Assembly (NCBI GenBank): GCA_963708025.1
Contig: CAVPSB010000034.1
Coordinates: 32,001 to 96,000 of the forward strand
Reading direction: 5' to 3'
DNA length: 64,000 nucleotides
DNA from: an uncultured Candidatus Rokubacteria bacterium
GTDB lineage: Bacteria; Methylomirabilota; Methylomirabilia; Rokubacteriales; DASRDR01
Shown here piece by piece: positions 19,386 through 29,368 of the stretch; the stretch's first letter is position 1, and the number at the start of each line of letters is the position of its first letter. A program made the position numbers and the translations under genes. The notes under the pieces were generated by a model. The model did no database searches. It saw only the letters and a program-made list of their open reading frames with translations, and was not told the origin of the DNA.

Positions 19386-20360
19386 TCACTTGGTGTCCAG
19401 GATCGTGCGGATCCACTCCTTCGGGAACTTGCCCCCGAGCTGGTCCCAGACCGGCGTGGTCGCCTTCCGGAACGACTCGGGATCGCTCGGCGTGTTCACG
19501 AGCATGCCCTTCCCCTTGAGGAACTCGACGATCTTCTCGTCCTCGGCCCGCACCCAGCTGCGCTCGTAGGCCGAAGCCTCGCGGCCGGCCTCCATCACCG
19601 CGGCCTGGACGTCGCGGGGCAGCGCGTCGAGGCTGCGCGGGCTGCCCACGATCCACGTCACCGACATCATGTGGCCGGTGAGCGAGAGGTACTTCTGCAC
19701 CTCGAAGAACTTCTGGGCGCGGATGGTGGACGGCGGGTTCTCCTGGCCGTCCGCGACGCCCTGCTGGAGCGCCAGGTAGACCTCGGTCAGCGTGATCGGG
19801 ACCGGCGTCGCGCCGAGCGCCCGCGTCATCAGCGTCCACTGCGCGACCTCCGGCACCCGGAGCTTCAGGCCCCGGGCGTCGGCCGCCGTGTTGAGCGGCC
19901 GCTTGCTGTTCGTCATGTGCCGGAAGCCGAGCACGTTGACGCCGACCAGCCGGAAGCCCTTGCCGGTCATGCGGGTGGCCAGCTCCCGGCCGATGGGTCC
20001 GTCCAGCACCGCGAAGGTGTGCTCCCAGCTCCGGAAGAGGAAGGGCAGGTCGGTGACCGCGATCTCGGGGACCCACTGGTTGAGAGCGGCGCCGGTGGCC
20101 GCTAGATCCAGCGTGCCCAGTTGTACGGACTCGGTGAGGGCCCGCTCGTTGCCGAGCTGCCCGCCGGGGTAGATCTCGACCTTTACGCGCCCCTGCGTGC
20201 GCTGGCCCACCAGCTCGGCGAACTTCTCGCCCCAGAGCTGCCAGGTGTGCGTCTCGCCGCCCGCGTGCCCGTACTTGAGCGTGATGGGCTGGCCTTGCGC
20301 CGAGGCGTGGAGCGGGAGCAGCGCGAGCGCTGACGCGACGATCGCGAGGATGATCCGCAT
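19386..20360 (-). CDS. dctP: TRAP substrate-binding protein
   Basis: Signal peptide, 'GLKLRV', 'EVYLALQQGVADGQENP'. Confidence 0.95.
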   Translation of the reverse strand: MRIILAIVASALALLPLHASAQGQPITLKYGHAGGETHTWQLWGEKFAELVGQRTQGRVKVEIYPGGQLGNERALTESVQLGTLDLAATGAALNQWVPEIAVTDLPFLFRSWEHTFAVLDGPIGRELATRMTGKGFRLVGVNVLGFRHMTNSKRPLNTAADARGLKLRVPEVAQWTLMTRALGATPVPITLTEVYLALQQGVADGQENPPSTIRAQKFFEVQKYLSLTGHMMSVTWIVGSPRSLDALPRDVQAAVMEAGREASAYERSWVRAEDEKIVEFLKGKGMLVNTPSDPESFRKATTPVWDQLGGKFPKEWIRTILDTK

Positions 20361-20497
20361 GTGGCGCCTCCTCCGTGCCGGCGGGCGGGGACGGGTCGAT
20401 CAGGGGGCCCCGAACGGCCATATATGGGCAGAGAGCCCGGGCGAAGTCAAGCCGAGGGCGGGAGATCCGCTCCCAGCGCCCGCCGAGCAAATGTGGG

Positions 20498-20526
20498 TTG
20501 ATTGCATCGCTCGCGTGGCATACAGT
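20498..20526 (+). promoter_or_regulatory. Putative sigma-70 promoter of the ABC operon
   Basis: TTGATT-17-TACAGT. Confidence 0.5.
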
Positions 20527-20592
20527 TGGTCAGCTTCCGAGCGTCGGTCCCGCAACACTCACGAGATATCCGCGCGACAAGGAGGTCCGCCG

Positions 20593-21732
20593 ATGAGACG
20601 ACCTGTCTCTCTGACCATGATCGGGCTGGCGACGCTGCTGGTCGTCGGCTGGGTCGGCTGGGCCGCCGCCCAGGTCACCCTCAACGTGGTGACGGCCGGT
20701 GACACCAACATGCACGATCTCCAGCGCAACGTCTTCGGCCCCGAGTTCGAGAAGCGCAACCCGGGCGTGAAGATCAACGCGGTCGGCAGCGGCCCCGGCG
20801 AGGCCGGGAGCCGCGTCATCGTGACGAAGGTCAAGGCCCAGAAAGACGCCAACGTCGCCAAGTGGGACGTCGACGTGGCGGTGGTGCACCAGATCGTGAT
20901 GTCCGAGCTGATCCAGCAGGACCTGGTGGCCAAGTACGCCCCCGAGATCACGACGTATCCCCTGATGACGGCGGCCGACGGCAAGAACGCCCTCGGCTTC
21001 AACGTCGAGGGGTTCGTCATGCCGATGTTCCACAGCCAGGTGGTCCTGGCCTACAACCCCGAGATGGTGAAGACCCCGCCCGGCACCTTCGACGAGCTGG
21101 TGGCCTGGATCAAGGCCAACCCGAAGAAGTTCGGGTACAACGGCGTGAAGGGCGGGATGAGCGGGGTCGCCTTCACCACCGGCTGGGTGTACTGGAAGGC
21201 CGGCCAGGGCGACAAGTACGTCAAGGGCCCCTACGACAAGGCGGCCGAGGAGAAGTGGGCGGCGGCGATCAAGGAGCTGAAGAGCCTCCCGGTGACGCTG
21301 ACCACCGGCAACAACGACACCCTCGACCGGCTGAACCGGGGCGAGATCGCCATGGGGCCGGTGTGGGTCGACATGCTGATCGACCTCAAGAACCAGGGCC
21401 GGATGGACCCGAAGATCCGGATGAAGCTCATCTCCCCGGGCTTCCCCGGCCAGCCGATGTACCTGGTGGTGCCGAAGAACGCCGCCAACTACGCCGTGGC
21501 CAAGAAGTACGTGGAGTTCATCACCTCGCCCGAGATGCAGGCCAAGGTCATCGTCGAGCGGAACGGCTGGTACCCGGGGATCGACGGCAAGCACGTCCTG
21601 CCGCACGTCTCGGACAAGGCCAAGGCCCTCCTGTTCGAGGACGTGCCTCCCGACTCGCTGATGAAGTTCGGGCTGTCGTTCCCGCTGAGCTCGTACTTCA
21701 AGGACCTGATGACCACCTACGAGGAGAACTGA
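20593..21732 (+). CDS. ABC substrate-binding protein (PotD/YnjB-like)
   Basis: AAGGAGG RBS, signal peptide, 'LNRGEIAMGPVW'; heads an ABC operon. Confidence 0.85.
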   Translation: MRRPVSLTMIGLATLLVVGWVGWAAAQVTLNVVTAGDTNMHDLQRNVFGPEFEKRNPGVKINAVGSGPGEAGSRVIVTKVKAQKDANVAKWDVDVAVVHQIVMSELIQQDLVAKYAPEITTYPLMTAADGKNALGFNVEGFVMPMFHSQVVLAYNPEMVKTPPGTFDELVAWIKANPKKFGYNGVKGGMSGVAFTTGWVYWKAGQGDKYVKGPYDKAAEEKWAAAIKELKSLPVTLTTGNNDTLDRLNRGEIAMGPVWVDMLIDLKNQGRMDPKIRMKLISPGFPGQPMYLVVPKNAANYAVAKKYVEFITSPEMQAKVIVERNGWYPGIDGKHVLPHVSDKAKALLFEDVPPDSLMKFGLSFPLSSYFKDLMTTYEEN

Positions 21733-21783
21733 CCCGCTGTCCGATCCCCTCCCCCTCCCCCGGCGGGGAGGGGGAGGGGGCCC

Positions 21784-22605
21784 ATGCGCCGAGCCTACCG
21801 CCTGCTGAGTCTCGCATTCGCCGCGCCGCCGCTGGCCATCGTCGCCTGGCTCTTCTTCATCCCGTTCCTCTCCTCGGCCCACCTCTCCTTCCAGCACGAG
21901 GGCGCGTGGTCGCTCCGCAACTACTACCTGGTCTGGCGCCTCTACAAGGGCGACGTCCTCTACACGCTCGGGATCTCGCTGGTCAGCCTCGTCCTCGTCA
22001 TCGGCTTCGCCGTCCTTCTCTGCGGCTACCTCCGCATCGTGGGCCACCGCCCGGTCGAGTTCCTGTTCAAGATCCCGCTCTTCGTGCCGTTCGTGGTGGT
22101 CGGCCACGGGATGCGCGTCCTGCTGGCCCCGCGTGGCACGCTCAACTCGGCCCTGGCCCAGTTCGGCCTGATCGACCTGGCCGATCCCCCGTCGATCGCC
22201 TTCACCTGGCTCGGGATCGTGGTCTCCCTGGTCTGGAAGAACCTGGCCCTGGCCGTCCTCCTCGTCCTGGGGGCGTACCGCTCGATCGACGAGAGCTTCC
22301 TGGAGGCGGCGCGGAACGTGGGGGCCTCCACGTTCCGCCAGATCAAGGACATCCTGCTGCCGATGGCGGCGCCCTCCCTGGTGGTCGCCTCGGCGTTCAT
22401 GTTCACCTCGATGCTGGCCTCCTTCTCGATTCCCCTCATGATCGGCGCCGGCGAGCCGCCCCAGATGCTCATGGTCGACCTCTACTACCGGATCAACTAC
22501 CAGGACGACCTGGGGACGGCCAACGCCCTCGGCATGGTGTCCTACCTCCTCGCCATGGCGGTGGCGGGGTACTACCTGCGGACCATCACCGTGAAGACGC
22601 TATGA
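21784..22605 (+). CDS. ABC permease
   Basis: EAA motif 'EAARNVGAS'. Confidence 0.9.
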   Translation: MRRAYRLLSLAFAAPPLAIVAWLFFIPFLSSAHLSFQHEGAWSLRNYYLVWRLYKGDVLYTLGISLVSLVLVIGFAVLLCGYLRIVGHRPVEFLFKIPLFVPFVVVGHGMRVLLAPRGTLNSALAQFGLIDLADPPSIAFTWLGIVVSLVWKNLALAVLLVLGAYRSIDESFLEAARNVGASTFRQIKDILLPMAAPSLVVASAFMFTSMLASFSIPLMIGAGEPPQMLMVDLYYRINYQDDLGTANALGMVSYLLAMAVAGYYLRTITVKTL

Positions 22606-23429
22606 CGGCGCCAGCGGTCCCGGGCCGGCGGAGCATCGCGCGGGCGAGCCTGCGGGCGGCGGCGGGCGCGGCGGCGGCCGTCGTCATCGTCGCGCCCCTC
22701 TCGAGCCTGGTCATCTGGTCGTTCACCCGCAGGTGGTTCTGGCCCCATCCGTTCCCGCAGGAGTGGGGGCTCTTCTACTGGCAGAAGGTGCTGGAGGGCG
22801 ACCTGTTCCGCGCGCTCCAGTCGGGGGTGATCATCGCGGTGATCGTCACCGTCCTGACCCTCGTCCTGACGGTGCCGCTTGCCTACCTCCTGGCCCGGTA
22901 CCCGATCCCGGCCAAGCCCCTCATCCTGATGGTCTTCCTGCTCCCCCACGCCTTCCCGCAGCTTCCCGTCTTCGTGAACGCGACCACGCTTCTCTACCGG
23001 GCGAACCTGGCGGGCAAGCTGTCGGGCGTGGTGCTGATCCACATGGTGGGCGCCCTCGTCTACGCGGTGTGGACGATGACCGCGGTCTTCAAGTCGATCC
23101 CCGAGAGCCTGGAGGAGGCCGCCTGGAACCTCGGCGCCTCGCGCTTCAAGAGCTTCTTCTCGGTGGCCCTGCCGCTGGCCACCCCCGGGCTCGTCGCCAG
23201 CACGCTCCTGGTCTTCCTCTATTCGCTGGACGAGTTCACCGGCACCTTGCTGGTCGGGAGCCCCTTCGTCCTGACGCTCCCCGTCTACATGTACCGGACC
23301 TCGGTGGGCTACGAGCTGCAGGTGGCCTCGATCGCGGCCCTCATCCTGATGATCCCCGGCATCCTCCTCCTGGTCGTCCTGGAGCGCTACCTCAAGTCGG
23401 AATATCTCTCGATGTTCGGGAGGCTGTAG
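22602..23429 (+). CDS. ABC permease
   Basis: 'LEEAAWNLGAS', 'SLDEF'; ATGA overlap. Confidence 0.9.
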   Translation: MTAPAVPGRRSIARASLRAAAGAAAAVVIVAPLSSLVIWSFTRRWFWPHPFPQEWGLFYWQKVLEGDLFRALQSGVIIAVIVTVLTLVLTVPLAYLLARYPIPAKPLILMVFLLPHAFPQLPVFVNATTLLYRANLAGKLSGVVLIHMVGALVYAVWTMTAVFKSIPESLEEAAWNLGASRFKSFFSVALPLATPGLVASTLLVFLYSLDEFTGTLLVGSPFVLTLPVYMYRTSVGYELQVASIAALILMIPGILLLVVLERYLKSEYLSMFGRL

Positions 23430-23493
23430 GTGGGGTCAGGCCTTTCATTCTCGACATTCCGGCCAGATTGTGTGGAAAGAAAGGCCTGACCCC

Positions 23494-24540
23494 ATGGAGG
23501 TCCGCGTCGAGGAGCTGGTCAAGCGATATGGTCGGGTGACGGCCCTTGGCGGCGTCACCATCGCCTTCCCGAGCGGCGGGCTCACCGCCATCCTCGGCCC
23601 GTCGGGCTGCGGGAAGACGACGCTCCTCCGCAGCCTGGCCGGCTTCGTCCCTGTTGACGGCGGCCGCATCCTCTTCGGCAAGGACGACGTGACCGTCGTG
23701 TCGCCGCAGGCCCGCGGCACCGCCATGGTGTTCCAGAACTACGCCCTCTGGCCCCACATGACGATCTTCGACAACGTGGCCTACGGCCTGCGGCTCCGGG
23801 GTCGCCCCGACGCCGAGGTCCGGAGCCGGGTGACGAAGGTGCTCGACCTGGTGGAGATCGGCCAGCTCGAGGGCGTGATGCGCCGGAAGCCGGCCGAGCT
23901 GTCGGGTGGTCAGCAGCAGCGGGTGGCCCTGGCCCGGGCCCTGGTGGTCGAGCCGCGGGTGCTGCTCATGGACGAGCCGCTCTCCAACCTGGACGCCAAG
24001 GTCCGCCAGCGGCTGCGCGTGGAGGTCCGCCGCCTCCAGAAGGCGGTGGGGATCACCGCCATCTACGTGACGCACGACCAGGAGGAGGCACTGGCGATCG
24101 CCGACACGGTGATCCTGATGAACGCGGGCCAGGTGGTGCAGCAGGGGAGTCCCCAGGAGATCTACTTCCGGCCCGGGAGCGCGTTCGCCGCGGAATTCCT
24201 CGGCGTCTCGAACCAGCTCCGGGGGACGGCGACGGACGGGGCGCTCGCCATCGGCGCCCAGCGCCTTCCCTACGCGGGGCCGGTTCGCGGCCCGGCCATC
24301 CTGGTCTTCAAGGCGAGCGACGCCGTGCTGGTGCGCGGTGGGGACGGCCCGGCCGGGGCCGAGCCCCTGCTCCGTGGCGTCCTGGAGGAGCGGCTCTTCC
24401 TGGGCGCGGTCTACCGTCACTACGTGCGGGTCGAGGGGGAAACCCTGATGGTGGACGCCGCCGAGCCGATCGAGCCGGGCCCCCTCGCCGTCCGGATTCC
24501 CGCCGGCAAGCTCCAGGTCTACGCGGCGCCCTCCGGATAG
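23494..24540 (+). CDS. ABC ATP-binding protein (PotA/MalK-like)
   Basis: GPSGCGKT, LSGGQQQR, DEPLSNLD. Confidence 0.93.
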   Translation: MEVRVEELVKRYGRVTALGGVTIAFPSGGLTAILGPSGCGKTTLLRSLAGFVPVDGGRILFGKDDVTVVSPQARGTAMVFQNYALWPHMTIFDNVAYGLRLRGRPDAEVRSRVTKVLDLVEIGQLEGVMRRKPAELSGGQQQRVALARALVVEPRVLLMDEPLSNLDAKVRQRLRVEVRRLQKAVGITAIYVTHDQEEALAIADTVILMNAGQVVQQGSPQEIYFRPGSAFAAEFLGVSNQLRGTATDGALAIGAQRLPYAGPVRGPAILVFKASDAVLVRGGDGPAGAEPLLRGVLEERLFLGAVYRHYVRVEGETLMVDAAEPIEPGPLAVRIPAGKLQVYAAPSG

Positions 24541-24596
24541 GCTATAGTTCCGTTACGTTTCCGTTACGCCACCCCCGACGGCAAGGAGGCCGACTG

Positions 24597-25625
24597 ATGC
24601 ATGTCCGCGCGACGCTTGGCGTTCTGGCCGCCCTCTGGCTGATCCTCGGCCCGGCCCCCGTCGAGGCCCAGGGGCAGCTCAACCTCTACTGCACCCCGCA
24701 GGAGGAGTGGTGCCGGGCGATGGTCACCGCCTTCGAGAAGGCGACCGGCATCAAGGTCAACATGACCCGGAAGAGCTCCGGGGAGTTCTACGCCCAGGTC
24801 AAGGCCGAGGCGGCCAACCCCAAGGGCGACATCTGGTGGGGCGGCACCGGCGACCCGCACCTCCAGGCGGCCGAGGAGGGGCTCACGCTCGAGTACAAGT
24901 CCCCGAAGCTCGCCGAGCTGCACGACTGGGCGGCGCGCCAGGCCGAGCAGTCCAAGTACCGGACGGTCGGCGTCTACGCCGGCGCCCTGGGCTTCGGCTA
25001 CAACACGAAGCTCCTGAGCCAGAAGGGCGGGCCGGAGCCCAAGTGCTGGAAGGACCTCCTCGACGCGCGCTACAAGGACGAGGTCCAGGTGGCCGACCCC
25101 AACTCCTCGGGGACCGCCTACACCCTGCTTGCCACCGTGATCCAGATCATGGGCGAGGACCAGGGGTTCGACTACCTGAAGAAGCTCCACAAGAACGTGA
25201 ACCAGTACACCAAGTCCGGGGCGGCCCCCGCCAAGGCGATGGCGCTCGGCGAGACCCTCGTCGGGATCACGTTCATGCACGACATCGTGACGTACGCGGT
25301 GCAGGGCGACCCGGTCAAGGTCGTCGCGCCCTGCGAGGGCACGGGCTACGAGATCGGCTCGATGAGCCTGATCAAGGGCGCCCAGAACCTCGAGAACGCG
25401 AAGAAGTGGTACGACTGGGCGCTGACCCCCGAGGCGCAGGCGCTCGGCGGCCAGGCCAAGGCCTACCAGGTCCCCTCCAACAAGAAGGCTGTCGCGCCGC
25501 CCCAGGCGCCCAAGTTCTCCGAGATCAAGCTGATCAACTACGACTTCGCCAAGTACGGCTCGTCGGCCGAGCGCAAGCGACTCCTCCAGAAGTGGGACAA
25601 GGACGTGAAGGCGCTCCCGAAGTAG
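24597..25625 (+). CDS. AfuA/FbpA-type ABC substrate-binding protein (sugar-phosphate or Fe3+)
   Basis: 'NPKGDIWWGGTGDP', 'SSGTAY', 'YTKSG', 'PCEGTGYEIG'. Confidence 0.88.
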   Translation: MHVRATLGVLAALWLILGPAPVEAQGQLNLYCTPQEEWCRAMVTAFEKATGIKVNMTRKSSGEFYAQVKAEAANPKGDIWWGGTGDPHLQAAEEGLTLEYKSPKLAELHDWAARQAEQSKYRTVGVYAGALGFGYNTKLLSQKGGPEPKCWKDLLDARYKDEVQVADPNSSGTAYTLLATVIQIMGEDQGFDYLKKLHKNVNQYTKSGAAPAKAMALGETLVGITFMHDIVTYAVQGDPVKVVAPCEGTGYEIGSMSLIKGAQNLENAKKWYDWALTPEAQALGGQAKAYQVPSNKKAVAPPQAPKFSEIKLINYDFAKYGSSAERKRLLQKWDKDVKALPK

Positions 25626-25718
25626 GCCGCGTATGGGCGTAGCACCGGCAAGCGGGGGTGGGTGCCCGGGCCGAGGTACTGACCGGACAATCCCGCCTCG
25701 CTTGCCGGAGCCGGGCCC

Positions 25719-27917
25719 GTGACGCGAGCCGCCCGCTGGTGGGTCGCTCTCGGCTGGCTCGGCTTCGCCGTCCTGCCCTGGTACGGCCTACCCCGCGGCC
25801 TCCTCGACCCGGGCTGGCTCCGGGCCTACCCGGACCCGACGACGGCGCCCGCGCTCGTGCTGGGCCTCGCTCACGGGCGCGCCTGGCTCCTCCCGCTGGC
25901 GCTGCCCCTCGCCCTGCCGCTCCTGATCTGGCGGCGCCCGCGGGAAGACCCCCGGGTCGGCGCGACGCTCCTCGCCGCCGGTGCCGTCGGGCTCGCCTGG
26001 ATGGCCGCCCAGGGCTTCGCCATCGGGCTCCGGGGATGGTCGGTGGGCTGGCTCGCCGCGCTGTTCGGCGGGGCCGGGCCCCAGCAACCGGCCATGGGCT
26101 ACGGCGCCGGACTGGTCGGGGTCGCGCTCCTGATGCTCCTCTGCCACGGCTTCGCGGCCCGGGGCTACTTCCGGGGCGACGCGTTCCTCACCGGGGCGGT
26201 CGGCCTCATCGTCGCCATGATCACGCTCTTCGTCTTCTACCCCGTCGTCAGCGTGCTCCTGAGCGCGGTCCGCGACGACGCCGGGGCATTCTCCCCGGGC
26301 GCTTTCCTCGACAAGCTCGTCGACCGCTCGGTCTGGGGGCTCGACTGCCTGATCGGACCGCTCCGCTGTGGCGTCGCGTGGAACACGCTCTTCCTGGCGA
26401 TTCTCGTGGGCGCGGTCACGACCCTGCTCGGCCTGGCCTTCGCGCTGGTGGCCACCCGGACGGCGTTCCCGCTCAAGGGGCTCTTCCGCGCGCTGACCGT
26501 GCTCCCCATCATCACGCCGCCGTTCGTGATCGGGCTCGCCTTGATCCTTCTCTTCGGGCGCTCGGGAGCCGTGACCACCTTCCTGGCCGACGCCTTCGGG
26601 ATCCCGCGCACGCGCTGGCTCTACGGCCTCCCGGGGGTGTTCCTGGCCCAGGTGCTGGCCTTCACCCCGATCGCCTTCCTGGTCCTGATCGGGGTGGTGC
26701 AGGGGATCAGCCCCTCGCTGGAGGAGGCCGCCCAGACGCTCCGGGCGAGGAGCTGGACGACCTTCCGCACCGTCTCCTGGCCGCTCATGCGGCCGGGCCT
26801 CGCCAACGCGTTCCTCCTGGGCTTCGTCGAGAGCATGGCCGACTTCGGGAATCCGCTGGTGCTGTCCGGCAACTACGAGGTGCTCTCCGTCAAGGTCTTC
26901 TTCGCCGTGGTGGGGGCGGCCCACGACCAGGGCCGGGCCGCCGTGCTCGCCATCGTCCTCCTCGCGTTCACGCTGGCCGCCTTCTACGCCCAGCACCGCT
27001 GGCTCGGCCGGAAGGCGTACACCACGGTGACCGGCAAGGGCGACGCCGGCCTCCCGGCGGCCCTGCCGCCCTGGCTGACCCGGCTCTGCTACGCGGTGAC
27101 GCTGCCCTGGACGCTGTTCACGCTGGCGATCTACGCGGTGATCGTCGTCGGCGGGTTCGTCCGCTCCATGGGACGCGACTACTCCCTGACCCTCCAGCAC
27201 TACGCGACCGGCTTCGCGGTGGAGGCGACGGAGCGCGGGCTCCACTTCACGGGGGCCGCCTGGAACTCCTTCTGGACCACGCTCCAGATCTCCGCGATCT
27301 CGGCGCCGCTCACGGCGGCGATCGGGCTCCTGACCGCCTACCTCCTGGCCCGCCAGTCGTTCGCCGGCAAGCGCGCGTTCGAGTTCGGGACCATGCTGAG
27401 CTTCGCCATCCCGGGCACGGTGATCGGGGTGAGCTACATCCTGGCCTTCAACGTGCCGCCGGTGGAGCTGACCGGGACCGGGATCATCCTGGTGATCTGC
27501 TTCGTGTTCCGCAACATGCCGGTCGGCGTCCGCTCCGGGCTCGCCACCCTGAGCCAGATCGACCGGAGCCTCGACGAGGCGTCGCTCACCCTGGGCGCCC
27601 GCTCGCTCACCACGGTCCGCCGGGTGGTGCTGCCGCTGCTCCGCCCGGCCATGGTCGCGGCGCTGGTCTACAGCTTCGTCCGCGCCATGACCGCGGTGAG
27701 CGCGGTGATCTTCCTGGTGAGCGCCCAGTACAACCTGGCCACCGCCTACATCGTCGGGCGGGTGGAGGCGGGCGAGTTCGGCCTGGCGATCGCGTACTCC
27801 ACGGTGCTGATCGTGGTCATGCTGCTGGCCATTCTCCTGATCCAGCTCCTCGTCGGCGAGCGCCGCCTCGGCCGCCGCGCGGTGGGGGAGCTGTCACTCC
27901 AGCCGGGAGCCGGATAG
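25719..27917 (+). CDS. AfuB/FbpB-type fused ABC permease
   Basis: Two EAA loops, 'ADFGNP', 'FAIPGTVIG'. Confidence 0.9.
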   Translation: MTRAARWWVALGWLGFAVLPWYGLPRGLLDPGWLRAYPDPTTAPALVLGLAHGRAWLLPLALPLALPLLIWRRPREDPRVGATLLAAGAVGLAWMAAQGFAIGLRGWSVGWLAALFGGAGPQQPAMGYGAGLVGVALLMLLCHGFAARGYFRGDAFLTGAVGLIVAMITLFVFYPVVSVLLSAVRDDAGAFSPGAFLDKLVDRSVWGLDCLIGPLRCGVAWNTLFLAILVGAVTTLLGLAFALVATRTAFPLKGLFRALTVLPIITPPFVIGLALILLFGRSGAVTTFLADAFGIPRTRWLYGLPGVFLAQVLAFTPIAFLVLIGVVQGISPSLEEAAQTLRARSWTTFRTVSWPLMRPGLANAFLLGFVESMADFGNPLVLSGNYEVLSVKVFFAVVGAAHDQGRAAVLAIVLLAFTLAAFYAQHRWLGRKAYTTVTGKGDAGLPAALPPWLTRLCYAVTLPWTLFTLAIYAVIVVGGFVRSMGRDYSLTLQHYATGFAVEATERGLHFTGAAWNSFWTTLQISAISAPLTAAIGLLTAYLLARQSFAGKRAFEFGTMLSFAIPGTVIGVSYILAFNVPPVELTGTGIILVICFVFRNMPVGVRSGLATLSQIDRSLDEASLTLGARSLTTVRRVVLPLLRPAMVAALVYSFVRAMTAVSAVIFLVSAQYNLATAYIVGRVEAGEFGLAIAYSTVLIVVMLLAILLIQLLVGERRLGRRAVGELSLQPGAG

Positions 27918-27931
27918 GATAGGGAGGGATC

Positions 27932-29008
27932 ATGGCCCAGCCCGGCGACCGCGCCGCCGCCTCGGTGGAGTTCCGGCGGGTCACCAAGCGCTACGGCGCG
28001 GTGGTGGCCGTCAACGCCGTCTCCTTCACGATCGAGCCCGGCATGCTCGTCACCCTGCTCGGTCCCTCCGGCTGCGGGAAGACCACGACCCTCCGCCTGA
28101 TCGCCGGGCTGGAGATCGCCAGCGAGGGGCAGGTCCTGATCGGCGGCCGGGACGTGACCCGGCTCTCCGCCGCCGACCGGGACGTCAGCATGGTCTTCCA
28201 GTCCTACGCGCTCTTCCCGCACATGACCGTGCTGGAGAACGTGGCCTACGGCCCCATCGTCGCCGGCACCCGCAAGCCCCAGGCGCACGCCCTGGCCCGG
28301 GAGAAGCTCGCGCTCATCGGGCTGGAAGGCTTCGACCACCGGCTCCCCTCCGAGCTGTCGGGCGGCCAGCAGCAGCGGGTGGCGGTGGCCCGGGCGCTGG
28401 TGCTGGAGCCGCTGGTGCTCCTGTTCGACGAGCCGCTCTCGAACCTGGACGCCAAGCTCCGCCGCCGGGTGCGCGACGAGATCCGGGAGCTCCAGCAGAA
28501 GCTGAACCTGACCGTGGCCTACGTCACCCACGACCAGCAGGAGGCGCTGGCCGTCTCGGACCGGATCATCGTGATGGCCAACGCCACCATCGCCCAGACC
28601 GGGACGCCCCGCGACCTCTACGAGGCGCCGGCGAACCTCTTCGTCGCCGACTTCGTGGGCGACGCCAACCTGGTGGGCGCCGAGCTGGTCGCCCTGGACG
28701 GTGAGCTGGCCCGCGTGCGGATCGGGGACGTCGAGCGGCGCCTCCCCCCTGGCGGCGCGGCCCCGGGACCCGTGAAGGTCTCCATCCGACCGGAGTCGCT
28801 CCTGCTCGCCACCGAGCCGCCGGGCCGGCCAGCGATCAAGGGGTCGGTGGCCAAGTCGGCGTACCTCGGCACCCACATGGAGTACACCGTGGCCACGGCG
28901 CTCGGCGACCTGTTCGTCGTCGACCGCGCCGTGACGCGCCCCGTCCCGGTCGGCAGCCCGGTCTGGCTGGAGCTGGCCGACCACGGGGTGACCGTCGTTC
29001 CCGGCTGA
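27932..29008 (+). CDS. AfuC/FbpC-type ABC ATPase
   Basis: Walker A/B, LSGGQ, TOBE-like tail. Confidence 0.92.
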   Translation: MAQPGDRAAASVEFRRVTKRYGAVVAVNAVSFTIEPGMLVTLLGPSGCGKTTTLRLIAGLEIASEGQVLIGGRDVTRLSAADRDVSMVFQSYALFPHMTVLENVAYGPIVAGTRKPQAHALAREKLALIGLEGFDHRLPSELSGGQQQRVAVARALVLEPLVLLFDEPLSNLDAKLRRRVRDEIRELQQKLNLTVAYVTHDQQEALAVSDRIIVMANATIAQTGTPRDLYEAPANLFVADFVGDANLVGAELVALDGELARVRIGDVERRLPPGGAAPGPVKVSIRPESLLLATEPPGRPAIKGSVAKSAYLGTHMEYTVATALGDLFVVDRAVTRPVPVGSPVWLELADHGVTVVPG

Positions 29009-29019
29009 CCGCCCGACCC

Positions 29020-29349
29020 ATGATATCGAGGCACTGGAAGGGTGTTGCGAGGCCGGGACAGGCCGAGCGATACATCGCTCACCTCGAGGGCGACACGTTT
29101 CCCGGCCTCTCCCGAATCCCCGGCTTGGTCAGCGCCTCGATCCTGAGGCGAGAGGTCGATGCCGGCACCGAGTTCGAGGTCATCACCGTGTGGGAGTCTT
29201 GGCAGGCGATCCGGGCCTTCGCGGGTGAGACGGCCGAGACGGCCGTCGTGCCGCCACTCGTCCAGGCCATGATGGTGGACTACGATCGGCACGTGGTGCA
29301 CTACGAGATCGCCGGGACCTACGCGCCGCCCCGGCCGGTCCAGGGCTGA
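29020..29349 (+). CDS. Antibiotic biosynthesis monooxygenase-like (dimeric alpha/beta barrel) protein
   Basis: 'ISRHWKG...FEVITVWESWQAIRAFAG...HYE'. Confidence 0.75.
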   Translation: MISRHWKGVARPGQAERYIAHLEGDTFPGLSRIPGLVSASILRREVDAGTEFEVITVWESWQAIRAFAGETAETAVVPPLVQAMMVDYDRHVVHYEIAGTYAPPRPVQG

Positions 29350-29368
29350 GCCAGCCAGCATCCGGGTC

